Below are positions 1 to 10,708 of a stretch of DNA of 20,000 nt, one piece after another. The translations under genes were made by a program, and so were the position numbers. How positions within the stretch are numbered: position 1 is the stretch's first letter; each line of letters starts with the position of its first letter. This DNA is from Thelocarpon superellum (taxonomy: Eukaryota): NCBI GenBank assembly GCA_026025795.1, contig JAPEUG010000036.1, positions 54,990 through 74,989 of the forward strand, given 5' to 3'. The notes under the pieces are model-generated. The model was not told the origin of the DNA, ran no database searches, and saw nothing but the letters and a program-made list of their open reading frames with translations.

Positions 1-485
1 AGTGGCTTCTTCAATTTCTGGGCGACAAGGGCGCGGACGATGTCGACGGCGGGGACAGGCACGTCGGGCACCTGGGCGGCCGGGCCAGCACTGGGTAGGC
101 GGGTTGCTGCCGCCGCCGCGGCGGGGATGGGGGCGGACGACGGGGCGGGAACCGCGGAGGAGCCCACATCCGCCTCGGCGGCGGGAGCGGGTTCATCCTC
201 AACGGGATCAACGTCGTAGTAGATCTCTTTGGCGTCTTTATTGTAGCACAGGATCTGCCGCTGGAGGGAGAGGGCAGCGTCGTACGCCTCGTATTTGGCG
301 GCCAGCGTACGCTTAGCCATGACGCCGAGGGTGTCGGCCGGGCCGATCTCGACGATGCGCTCCGTCGTCTTCTCGGCGAGGATGACATCTTGGGTTTCGA
401 TCCATCTCACGGGTGAAGCAAATTGGTAGGCCAATAGCTCAACGAGTAGGGTGTGGGCGAGCTCTTGCTCATGTTCGGGACGCAT
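1..485 (-). CDS. FAS2: Fatty acid synthase subunit alpha, 5' part (gene continues beyond the left edge)
   Basis: Manual translation of the minus strand from ATG at 485 (context GCCATCACGATG): [94 protein letters not shown], then an Ala/Pro linker and [19 protein letters not shown] (start of the ACP region). This is the characteristic N-terminus of ascomycete FAS alpha. It is missing from the ORF track because the frame has no stop inside the window. Confidence 0.96.
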   Translation of the reverse strand, partial: MRPEHEQELAHTLLVELLAYQFASPVRWIETQDVILAEKTTERIVEIGPADTLGVMAKRTLAAKYEAYDAALSLQRQILCYNKDAKEIYYDVDPVEDEPAPAAEADVGSSAVPAPSSAPIPAAAAAATRLPSAGPAAQVPDVPVPAVDIVRALVAQKLKKP

Positions 486-2108
486 CGTGATGGCGGGTGT
501 GAACACGTCCGCCGACGAGGCTGTCCAAGGCCCAGCGCCAGACTGTTGCGACGGTCTGTTCGACGTCTAACCCGACGGCGAGCCAGTTCAATGGCAGATG
601 GAGTGGCGGTGCCCGATCACGTCGATCGTCCCATGTGTAGGAGGGAGGGACAGGGTTGGTGTTACGTCCCCAATCTAACGGTGACGAGAGATTGAGTGGA
701 ATTCCTGTTGGCGAGTCCGAGTGCACGGAAGAAGCAGTACTGGCTGAGCGATCATCAATTGGCCGGACTTGATGGCCACCCAGGACGGAGTTCAACGGTT
801 GGGGCTCCGTTTAAAGATGCATAGGGCGTTCGTTCTTCAACAAGACTCGACATCAAGTTTGGGTGATTATTTGCTTCTCTCGTTCGCCTCTAAGCTTGCT
901 GGCCGGACTACCAGCTCTCGCCATCGTACCGCTACTGGGCTAGGCAACTGTTCGCAGCTCTGCCGCCCGTACGGGGACCGCGCAATCGCCGCTGTACCAA
1001 GCATTCCCTCTCCCAAATCCGTTGGCGATTCGCTTGGCGCTAATTCCCCAGCGTTTCTCGTAGCTGTAAGGGTTGGGCCTGGCCCAAAGCATCGGCTACC
1101 AGTTCGTCATCTCACTTCTTGAGCACGGACGTGGGACTTTTGTACCTTCGGCTCATGTGGAGTGTGTGTCGCCGAGGGGTAGAGGTTACCTTGTAACTTA
1201 TCCATTCACGTATCGCACTGCAAACCCAGCTTCACTCCATGTCCGTCAGCGCTGCCGTGTCACTTAGTCTCCGTTCGCGGCATGGGGAGAGCTGGCTGAT
1301 GACCAGGGACCAGATGCCCGTCCATTTCTTGAGCTGTGGGTAGCTTGCAAATTCACCTTTGGCCGACCCTCCTTACCGCAAACGGCTGTCGCTTGGGCTT
1401 GACCTCGCCAACATTCCCAACGCTTGCTGATCCCTGCAGAAAACCCTTGCTGAGGGCTGCACGCCGGCCGCTAGTGTTCCCCAGGCGTCAGGCGAGTACG
1501 GCAGTGCGTACCGATGGGCACGCCTTCACTCAGGTACTGTGTCCTCCCGCTAGTAGACGCATTCCCTCCAAGAGTGCGTTGTGGGCTGGACAAGCTGTGC
1601 GCTCGTAGGTAAATGCGGCGAGGGAATATCTCAACATCACATCAACGTACAGCAGCGATAGCCAACTCGGTTAGCCGCTGCGACCAGGAAGTACGCACTC
1701 GTACTCAACCTTCGACTCGCCCGCCGAACTGCACGTAGTGCTGCCGGAGGTGGAGCTGGAAAGCTCAGGCGCCTGACGGACCGATTCAACGCCAGCTTTT
1801 GTCGTGAGCTAACACCGCTAGATGTTTTCTTGATGCCAAGCTCCCCACCCATCTTTCTCGGCCTCAGGTCACCACCGCCCTCTAAGCATTCGAGATTCTC
1901 TGATTCCTCGAGAGATCTCAAGGATTTAATTCTTGTACTCGGTGCCCTCCATCGCGTGCTCGGGGACTGGGTCGTGCAATTGCGCCCGGTGGACGATCTC
2001 GTCCAGGTAGGTGGTGCTACCTTGCTCCCTCCACCACGACCTCGAACTGACCGTGCTTCAGCCAACAACGCCCTCGTCCCCCAACCGGTCCACCGTCCAC
2101 CGGCGATC
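486..2108. promoter_or_regulatory. Divergent FAS2/FAS1 intergenic region (shared promoter plus 5' UTRs)
   Basis: Head-to-head FAS2 (ATG 485, minus) and FAS1 (ATG 2109, plus). Divergent fasA/fasB pairing is known in filamentous ascomycetes. Transcription starts cannot be located from sequence. Confidence 0.75.
2007..2061 (+). other. Putative 55-nt spliceosomal intron in the FAS1 5' UTR
   Basis: CAG|GTAGGT donor at 2007, ACTGAC branch motif at ~2046-2051, TTCAG acceptor ending 2061, 47 nt before the FAS1 ATG. Its size matches the other introns in the window. Confidence 0.6.
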
Positions 2109-5100
2109 ATGTACGGCAACTCGCAGCATCTGCCGCAGACCGGTGCCTCCACGCCGCGGTCATCCTCCTCCCTCCGCCCGCTGATTTTGAGCCATGGCTC
2201 GTTGGAGTACTCGCTCCTGATCCCCACCCTCCTTCACTACAATGCCTCGCAACTCAAGGATGAATTCCAAGCCACCCTGCCCACTCCTACAGACGAGCTC
2301 GCGCAAGATGACGAGCCTTCATCTGCTGAGGAGCTTGTGGCCCGTTACATGGCCTTTGTCGCCGCAGCGGTAGAAGAGGGCGAAGACGACGCCCAGGGCT
2401 CGGCCGAAAATGTCTTGCGTCTCGTCCTGACCGAATTCGAACGGGCCTTCCTCCGTGGAAACGAGGCTCATGCCCTCGCAGCCACCCTCCCTGGCATCGA
2501 GGCCAAGAAGCTGCTCGTGGTTCAGGCCTACTACGCCGCCCGAGCCACGGCCAATCGACCCATCAAAGCTCACGACTCGGCCCTTCTCCGCGCCGCCGCC
2601 GACAATGAGGCTAAACTCTATGCCATCTATGGTGGTCAGGGTAACATCGAAGACTACTTCGACGAGCTCCGCCAGGTCTACATCACCTACCCCTCGTTCG
2701 TCCAGACGTTCGTCCAGACAGCGGCCGACTTGCTACAGTCCCTCTCGCGCGATCCCCGCGCCGAGAAGCTCTACGCCAAGGGACTCGATATCATGCGCTG
2801 GTTGCAGCATCGTGAGTCGCAACCCGATACGGACTACCTAGTGTCTGCCCCGGTCAGTTTGCCCTTGATTGGCGTCGTCCAGCTGGCCCACTTCACCGTC
2901 ATGTGCCGTGTCCTGGGCCGCACTCCCGGCGAGATCAATGAGCGCTTCAGCGGAACCACCGGCCACTCCCAAGGCATCGTTGTTGCCGCCTCCGTGGCCG
3001 CTGCCGACTCGTGGGAGTCGTTCGACGCCCTTGCAAAGAATGCCTTGACCATTCTCTTCTGGATCGGCTCGCGCAGCCAGCAGACCTACCCGCGTACCTC
3101 CTTGGCCCCCTCCATCCTGCAGGACTCGGTCGACCACGGCGAGGGTACGCCGACGCCCATGCTGAGCATTCGAGACTTATCCTACGCCGCTGTGGAAGAA
3201 CATATTGATGCCACCAACCACCATCTCCCGGCCGATCGGCATATCAGCATTTCGTTGGTCAACAGCGCGCGTAATCTTGTCGTCACTGGGCCGCCCCTCT
3301 CACTTTATGGGCTCAACTTGCGGCTTCGCAAGGTCAAGGCCCCTACCGGCCTCGACCAGACGCGCATCCCCTTTACCGAGCGCAAGGTCCGTTTCGTCAA
3401 CCGCTTCCTGCCGATCACCGCCCCTTTTCATAGCGCATATCTCGCCGACGCCACGCGCCTGCTCGAGGGAGATCTGAAGCATGTGTCGATCCCGGCAAAC
3501 CGCCTCAAGATGGCCGTCTTCGACACCGACAAGGGCGACGACTTGCGCCAGCGCGGCACGGAGAACATCGTGCCTATCCTGGTCCGGCTTATCACGCACG
3601 ACAAGGTGCACTGGAAGCAGGCTACCGACTTCCCCAACGCAACGCATGTCATTGACTTTGGTCCTGGTGGCATCTCCGGCCTGGGCGTGCTCACCAACCG
3701 TATCAAGGAGGGTACCGGCGTGCGCGTCATCCTTGCCGGCGCCATGGATGGCACCAACGCTGAGGTCGGGTACAAGCCCGAATTATTTGATCGCGATGAG
3801 GAGCACGCAGTCACCTACGCCGTCGACTGGGTCAAGGAGCACGGGCCCCGTCTCATCCGCACCTCGGCCGGCCAGACCGTGGTAGACACCAAGATGAGCC
3901 GGCTCTTGGGCCTCCCGCCTGTCATGGTCGCGGGAATGACGCCCTGCACTGTGCCCTGGGACTTTGTTGCCGCCACCATGAACGCCGGTTATCACATCGA
4001 GCTCGCCGGCGGCGGCTACTACAATGCCAAGACCATGACCGCCGCTCTGGCCAAGATCGAGGGCGCCATCCCCCCGGGTCGCGGCATTACCGTCAACCTC
4101 ATCTACGTGAACCCGCGTGCCATGGCCTGGCAGATCCCATTGCTTGGTCAGCTCCGTGCCGATGGCGTCCCCATCGAGGGTCTCACGATTGGCGCCGGTG
4201 TCCCATCCATTGAGGTGGCGAATGAGTACATCGAGACCCTCGGGCTCAAGCACATTGCCTTCAAGCCTGGCTCGATGGAAGCCATCCAACAGGTCGTCAA
4301 CGTCGCCAAGGCCAACCCTACGTTCCCCGTCATCCTGCAATGGACCGGCGGCCGTGGTGGCGGTCATCACTCATTTGAGGATTTCCACCAGCCCATCCTG
4401 CAGATGTATGGCCGCATCCGTCGCTGCCCCAATATCGTCCTCGTTGCCGGTAGCGGCTTCGGCGGCGCCGACGACACCTACCCATACCTCACTGGTGGCT
4501 GGTCTCGCGACTTTGGCTATCCCGAGATGCCCTTTGATGGCTGTCTCTTCGGGAGCCGCATGATGACGGCCAAGGAGGCCTGGACCAGCACCAACGCTAA
4601 GAAGGCCATTGCCGAAGCGGAAGGCCTGGATGATGGTGATTGGGAGAAGACCTACAAAGGGGCCGCCGGCGGCGTCATCACCGTACGCTCGGAGATGGGT
4701 GAGCCGATCCACAAGCTGGCTACGCGCGGCGTCCGCTTCTGGGCCGAGATGGACCAGAAGATCTTCAGCCTGGATAAGGCCAAGCGCGTGCCGGAGCTTA
4801 AGAGGCAGCGTGCGCACATCATCCAGAAGCTCAATGACGACTTCCAGAAGGTCTGGTTCGGGCGCAACGCGGCCGGCGAGAGCGTCGATCTCGAGGACAT
4901 GACCTATGCCGAGGTGGTCCGCCGCATGGTCGACCTGATGTACGTCCGCCACGAGTCACGCTGGATTGACGCCACGCTCAAGGCGCTCACGGGTGACTTC
5001 ATCCGTCGTGTCGAGGAGCGCTTCACCACCGAGACGGGTCGTGCCTCGCTCTTGCAGTCCTACAACGAGCTGAACACGCCCGACCCGGTCGTGGCCAAGA

Positions 5101-8100
5101 TTCTGACCGCCTATCCGCAGGCTGAGCGCCAACTCATCAACGCCCAAGACGTACAGCACTTTCTATTACTCTGCCAGCGACGCGGCCAGAAGCCTGTGCC
5201 CTTTGTCCCCTGCTTGGATGAGAATTTCGAATTCTTCTTCAAGAAAGACTCCTTATGGCAGTCGGAGGACCTGGAGGCGGTGGTCGACCAAGATGTCGGC
5301 CGCACCTGTATCCTCCAAGGCCCGACGGCGGCAAAGTATTCGCGCGTCATCGACGAACCCATCAAGGACATTCTCGACGGGATTCACACTGCTCACGTGG
5401 CTCGTCTGACCGAGAAGGTGTACGCCGGTCAGGCCGCGTCCATCCCCACGGTGGAGTACTTTGGTGGCCGTCTCCTGGGCGGTGACGATGAGCTCGATGT
5501 GGAAGGTCTGACGACGAGCGTGGAGGACCACAAGATCACCTATCGCCTGTCCAAGTCGGCCCAGTCGTCCCTGCCAGACCTTGATGCCTGGCTCGCGCTG
5601 CTGGCGGGCACGACATACTCGTGGCGACACGCGCTTTTCACGTCCGAGGTCTTCATCCAGGGTCAGAAGTTCCAGACCAACCCGATGAAGCGCATCTTTG
5701 CGCCCACTCACGGCCTCGTGGTTGAGATCGCGAACCCGCACCAAGCGGCGCAGACCGTCATCACGGTGTCGGAGCTTTCTTACGGGACCACGTATGTCAA
5801 GGTCATCCAGGTCTCGTTATCGGGCGAGAACGAGATCCAAGTGCAGCTGCTGGAAGAGCGCTCGGCCGAGGGAGCGGCGGTGGCGCTGCCCCTCAAATTC
5901 AACTATCGGCCCGAGACGGGCTACGCGCCCATCCACGAGGTCATGGAGGGACGCAACACGCGCATCAAGGAATTCTATTACCGGCTTTGGTTCGGCAACG
6001 AAGTCGCGCCGCTCGACGCCGACGTGACGGACAGCTTCGAGGGCGGGACGGTGACGGTGACGGCACAGGCCATCTTGGACTTTGTGCACGCCGTCGGCAA
6101 CACGGGTGAGGCCTTTGTGGACCGGGCCGGTAAGGAGGTGCTAGCGCCCATGGACTTTGCCATCGTGGTGGGATGGAAGGCCATCATCAAGCCCATTTTT
6201 CCGCGGGCCATTGACGGCGACCTCCTCAAGCTCGTGCATCTGTCGAATGGCTTCCGCATGCTACCGGGCGCCGACCCGCTGAAGAAGGGCGACGTGCTCT
6301 CGACCAGGGCAGAGGTGAACGCCGTCATCAATCAATCCTCGGGCAAGATGGTGGAGGTGTGCGGCACGATCACTCGTGAGGGCCGTCCAGTGATGGAAGT
6401 GACGAGTCAGTTCCTCTACCGTGGAGCCTACTCCGACTACGAGAATACGTTCCAGCGAAAGTACGAGACGCCGATGCAGGTGCACCTGGCTTCCTCTAAG
6501 GACGTGGCGGTGCTCCTGTCTAAGGAGTGGTTCCATTTTGACGAGCCTGACATTGAGCTCCTCGGCCAGACGCTCACCTTCCGGCTTCAGAGCGTGGTAC
6601 GCTTCCAGAATCAGACGGTCTTCCGCAGCGTGGTGACGCAGGGACCGGTGCTGCTGGAGCTTCCGACCAAGGAGATCATCGAGGTGGCGACGGTGGAGTA
6701 TTCGGCCGGGGTGTCGCACGGCAACCCGGTGATCGATTACCTGCAGCGACACGGATCTTCCATCGAGCAGCCGGTGCATTTTGAGCACGCCATCCCGCTG
6801 AACGGCAGCAAGACACCGTTGGTGCTCCGGGCGCCGGCGTCCAACGAGACGTACGCGCGCGTGTCGGGTGACTTCAACCCGATCCACGTGTCACGCGTGT
6901 TCTCGCGCTACGCCAACCTGCCAGGCACCATCACGCACGGCATGTACTCCAGCGCAGCGGTGCGCAGCCTGGTGGAGACGTGGGCGGCAGAGAACCACGT
7001 GGGCCGCGTGCGAAGCTTCCACTGCTCGCTCGTGGGCATGGTGCTCCCCAACGACGACCTCGACGTGCGTCTGCAACACGTGGGCATGGTGGCGGGCCGC
7101 AAGATCATCAAGGTCGAGGCGCGCAAGCAGGCCACGGACGAGCCGGTGCTGACGGGCGAGGCCGAGGTGGAGCAACCGGTGTCGTCGTACGTCTTCACGG
7201 GCCAGGGGTCGCAGGAGCAAGGCATGGGGATGGATCTGTACGCCAGCAGCCCGGTGGCGCAGGAAGTGTGGGACCGGGCGGACAAGCACCTGATGGACAA
7301 CTACGGCTTCTCGATCATCAACATCGTCAAGAACAACCCCAAGGAGCTGACCATCTACTTTGGCGGACCGCGCGGCAAGGCGATCCGGCAGAACTACATG
7401 GCCATGACCTTCGAGACGGTGGCGGCGGACGGCAGCATCAAGTCGGAGAAGATCTTCAAGGAAGTGGACGAGTCGTCGACCTCGTACACGTACCGCTCGC
7501 CCACGGGGCTGCTTTCGGCGACGCAGTTCACCCAACCGGCACTGACGCTGATGGAAAAGGCCAGCTTCGAGGACATGCGGTCCAAGGGCCTGGTGCAGAG
7601 CAACAGCAGCTTCGCCGGCCATTCGTTGGGCGAGTATTCGGCCCTGGCGGCCCTGGCCGAGGTGATGCCGATTGAGAGTCTGGTGTCGGTCGTGTACTAC
7701 CGTGGACTCACGATGCAAGTGGCGGTGGAGCGCGACCAGGCGGGCCGTTCGAACTACTCGATGTGCGCGGTCAACCCGAGCCGCATCTCCAAGAGTATGC
7801 CGGCCGTTGGGTGCTGTTGCTCGTCGTTTGTCTTGGGGTGCATGCTAATTGACGTGCGCAGCGTTCAACGAGCAAGCGCTTCAGTACGTGGTGGAGAACA
7901 TCGCCGAGGCCACGTCATGGTTGCTGGAGATTGTGAACTACAACATTGCGAACGCGCAATACGTGTGCGCGGGTGATGTGCGTGCCATCCCTTCGGCTCG
8001 CCGCGCGCAGTACTTACCTCAGAATAGCTTCGTGCGCTGGATTGCCTGACGAACGTGACCAACTACCTCAAGACGCAGAAGGTGGACATTCAAGCCCTGA

Positions 8101-8556
8101 CGCAGCAGATGTCGTTGGAAGACGTCAAGGCGCACCTGGTGGAAATCATCCGCGAGTGCGCCAAGCAGACGGAGGCCAAGCCGAAGCCGCTGGAGCTGCA
8201 ACGTGGATTCGCCACGATCCCGCTCAAGGGCATCGACGTGCCCTTCCACTCGACCTTCCTCCGCTCCGGGGTCAAGCCCTTCCGCAGCTTCCTGTTGAAG
8301 AAGATCATCAAGACGACCATCGACCCGAGCAAGCTGGTGGGCAAGTATATCCCCAACGTCACCGCCAAGCCGTTTGAGATCACCAAGGAGTACTTTGAGG
8401 AGGTGTACAAGTTGACCAACTCCCCACGCATCGGTCACGTGTTGGCCAATGTAAGTGCTCCGTGCCGTGTACCGTGAGCACCGTCCTGACCCGTCCATTT
8501 AGTGGGACAAGTACGAAGACCCGAAGGTGGAGATGGCCAAAGCCCCCGTAGCATGA
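2109..8556 (+). CDS. FAS1: Fatty acid synthase subunit beta (AT-ER-DH-MPT), ~2092 aa; exons 2109-7794, 7862-7977, 8028-8450, 8503-8556
   Basis: Start [35 protein letters not shown] resembles primary-metabolism FasB N-termini. Motifs seen: [18 protein letters not shown], MaoC-type [20 protein letters not shown] and GHSLGEY. Introns: 7795-7861 (GTATGC..GCTAAT..CAG), 7978-8027 (GTGCGT..ACTTAC..TAG), 8451-8502 (GTAAGT..CTGAC..TAG). Splicing gives the continuous frame ...[15 protein letters not shown]...[16 protein letters not shown]...[21 protein letters not shown], 6279 nt in total (divisible by 3). Confidence 0.97.
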
Positions 8557-9406
8557 GAGGATGGGGGCGTGATGGATCGATCCTTACAGCCTGCGTGAAT
8601 ATGGTCCTCAGACCGTCTGCGTGTACATAAGAAGATTGCTAGCAGAAATAGAATGCCTTGCTCACTCATATTCTTCATGATCACCCAGCATGTTGACGAG
8701 AACACGGGTATGACCAAGCTCGGACCACGCGACGAGGCGACATCCGATATCGAGTGTGACGGGCCGGGTAGTAGTGTGGTTGATTTCAAAGCGTAGAGCA
8801 TCTCCTTAGCCGCAGTGCACCTTGCCAGTCTACTCGTATTCGTGTACGAGGTCCGCAGCCTATCACGTTACGGCATGAAGTAATGTTAGACTACTCGTCC
8901 TTTTTGTCACCTGTGTGACTACAGAACTTCTGACCGGGGGGCCTTGGCGGCTCCACATGCGGACTCGGAGCCCCTCATATCCCGTCACCGACACACCGCC
9001 GACACGCTCTGAGTAATCCGCCCCCGCCACCAGCCAATGGGAAGTTGCTGAAAGCTACTCGGATTGAATGCCCCGCCATGGCCTCCTCGGTGACACGTCG
9101 GTTGGCTGGGGGCTTAGTTAAGCCCGTCGTGTCAGGCTACGACCTGCATTATTCAGTCGGCCGAGTAACTTCCGTCGGACGCGTCTGGTGAGGCCACCAG
9201 GCAACGTCTAGCTCCCTCTCGTCATGCACGGGTCGGTGGTCTCCATACTGATGGATCGTTACCGGATCTGGGACAGAGTCGCTGATAGCTACGGCTGATT
9301 GCTGGGGAGCTTGGTGATGTCGCGGCGGTGTTCATGTACCTTACCACACGGTTCCTCACCGTGTAACCGCACGTTCCCAGGGCGGGGTGGGGATGCCTCT
9401 TCTTGC

Positions 9407-9415
9407 ATATATATA
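9407..9415 (+). promoter_or_regulatory. TATA-like element upstream of the oxidoreductase gene
   Basis: ATATATATA ~200 nt upstream of ATG 9617, followed by a C/T-rich leader. Confidence 0.4.
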
Positions 9416-9616
9416 GCCTCGCCCTGGCCCGTCTCTATGTGTCTTTCTTCGGACTTAATCCATCATCGAGCACGCACCTGAGATTCATCGACCCGGACAT
9501 AAGATCCTGCATCGACCGTTTCATCACACGAACCACGACTCTTCCCGTCCCCCGTGACCTCCCGTCCCGCTTCCCACCTCTCGTTGCGAGCTCTCACCAG
9601 CACCAGCTCGATCGAC

Positions 9617-10534
9617 ATGTCCCAGGTAATCAAGAACGTCGTCATCTTGGGCGCCACGGGCAACATTGGCCCGTCGGTCCTCACCGCGCTGCTCGAGAGC
9701 GGCAAGTTCAACGTGACGGTGGTGACGCGGCCGACGTCGAGCTCCACCGTGCCGTCGGGCGTCAAGGTGGCCAAGTCCGACTACAGCGAAGAGTCGCTTT
9801 CTTCCATCTTCAGCGGCAACGACGCCGTGGTCAACACGGTCGGGGGCGCGGGGCTGGCAGTGCAAAAAGTCAGCATCGACGCGGCCGTCAAGGCGGGCAT
9901 CAAGCGCTTCATCCCGAGCGAATTCGGATGCGACACGTCTAACGCCAAGGCCCGCGCCATCTGCCCGATCTTCGAGGGGAAGCACGACACGCGCAAGTAC
10001 CTCGACACGCAGGCGGCGGCGCACCCGACCTTCAGCTGGTCGGGGGTGCTGACGGGCCCGTTCTTCGACTGGGGGCTGGATTTCCTCGGCTTCGACCTCG
10101 CCTCGAAGGCCGTCACGCTCTACGACGAGGGCAACGCCCGCTTCTCCGCCACCACTCGGCCCACCATTGGACAGGCCGTGGCGTCGACGCTGCTACATCC
10201 GGCCGAGACGAAGAACCAGTACGTCTACGTCCAGTCGTTCGCCGTGACGCAGAACGAGATCAAAGCGGCGCTGGAGAAGGCGACGGGCGCCCCGTGGAGC
10301 GTGGTCAAGACGCTCTCGTCCAAGGCCGTGGGCGAGGAGGGCCGCGCCAAGTTGGCCAAGGGCGACTTTGCCGGCGGCATCTTCCAGACCATTCTCGCTT
10401 CCATCTTCTCGACCGAGCCCGTGGGCAGCAATTTCCTGGCCGAGCATGGCTCTCTGGACAATGAGCTGCTGGGCTTGCCCAAGGAGGAGCTAGACGTCGT
10501 CGTCAAGAACGTCGTCGCTGCTCACGCGAAGTAG
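9617..10534 (+). CDS. NmrA-like / isoflavone-reductase-like NAD(P)-binding oxidoreductase (atypical SDR), 305 aa, intronless
   Basis: ATG 9617 (MSQVIKNVVILGATGNIG, Rossmann GxxGxxG). Family motifs DAAVKAGIKRFIPSEFG, GPFFDWGL, IGQAVASTL and NQYVYVQS are present, with strongly GC3-biased codons. Confidence 0.9.
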   Translation: MSQVIKNVVILGATGNIGPSVLTALLESGKFNVTVVTRPTSSSTVPSGVKVAKSDYSEESLSSIFSGNDAVVNTVGGAGLAVQKVSIDAAVKAGIKRFIPSEFGCDTSNAKARAICPIFEGKHDTRKYLDTQAAAHPTFSWSGVLTGPFFDWGLDFLGFDLASKAVTLYDEGNARFSATTRPTIGQAVASTLLHPAETKNQYVYVQSFAVTQNEIKAALEKATGAPWSVVKTLSSKAVGEEGRAKLAKGDFAGGIFQTILASIFSTEPVGSNFLAEHGSLDNELLGLPKEELDVVVKNVVAAHAK

Positions 10535-10708
10535 TCGAGTAGTGTATTTACGATTCTTGCGGGGAAAATAAACACCCATGAATCTCGTCTCGTCTGGTCT
10601 CATCTCGTCTCATTTGCTTGCTGGAAACGGGGACTGCACAAAGGCAGAGGAGGAAAAAAGGCAGGAGCAGATGGAAAATAAAGAGGAGATGGAAGAGTCA
10701 GATTCAAA

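Noticed and set aside
453..1608. Short ORFs (64-117 aa) in the FAS intergenic region
   Set aside because: No codon bias or motifs, and several begin at non-ATG codons; most likely promoter/UTR sequence.
1830..2108. 93-aa N-terminal extension of FAS1 in the ORF track
   Set aside because: No resemblance to FAS beta, it spans a likely 55-nt UTR intron, and the conserved N-terminus starts at ATG 2109.
2319..8498. Many overlapping alternative-frame and antisense ORFs within FAS1 (likewise within ARP9, the oxidoreductase, the Rds1-like gene and TRM1)
   Set aside because: Shadow ORFs expected from high GC3 codon bias; Arg/Pro/Ser-rich translations with no recognisable motifs.
9617..10534. Oxidoreductase as part of a FAS-based secondary-metabolite cluster or a bacterial horizontal transfer
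   Set aside because: The family is widespread in fungi, codon usage matches FAS1, and no other biosynthetic genes are adjacent; lack of introns alone is not evidence.
10584..10613. Degenerate pentamer repeat (TCTCG/TCTCA)n between convergent genes
   Set aside because: Short microsatellite in 3' UTR space with no spacers; not CRISPR-like.
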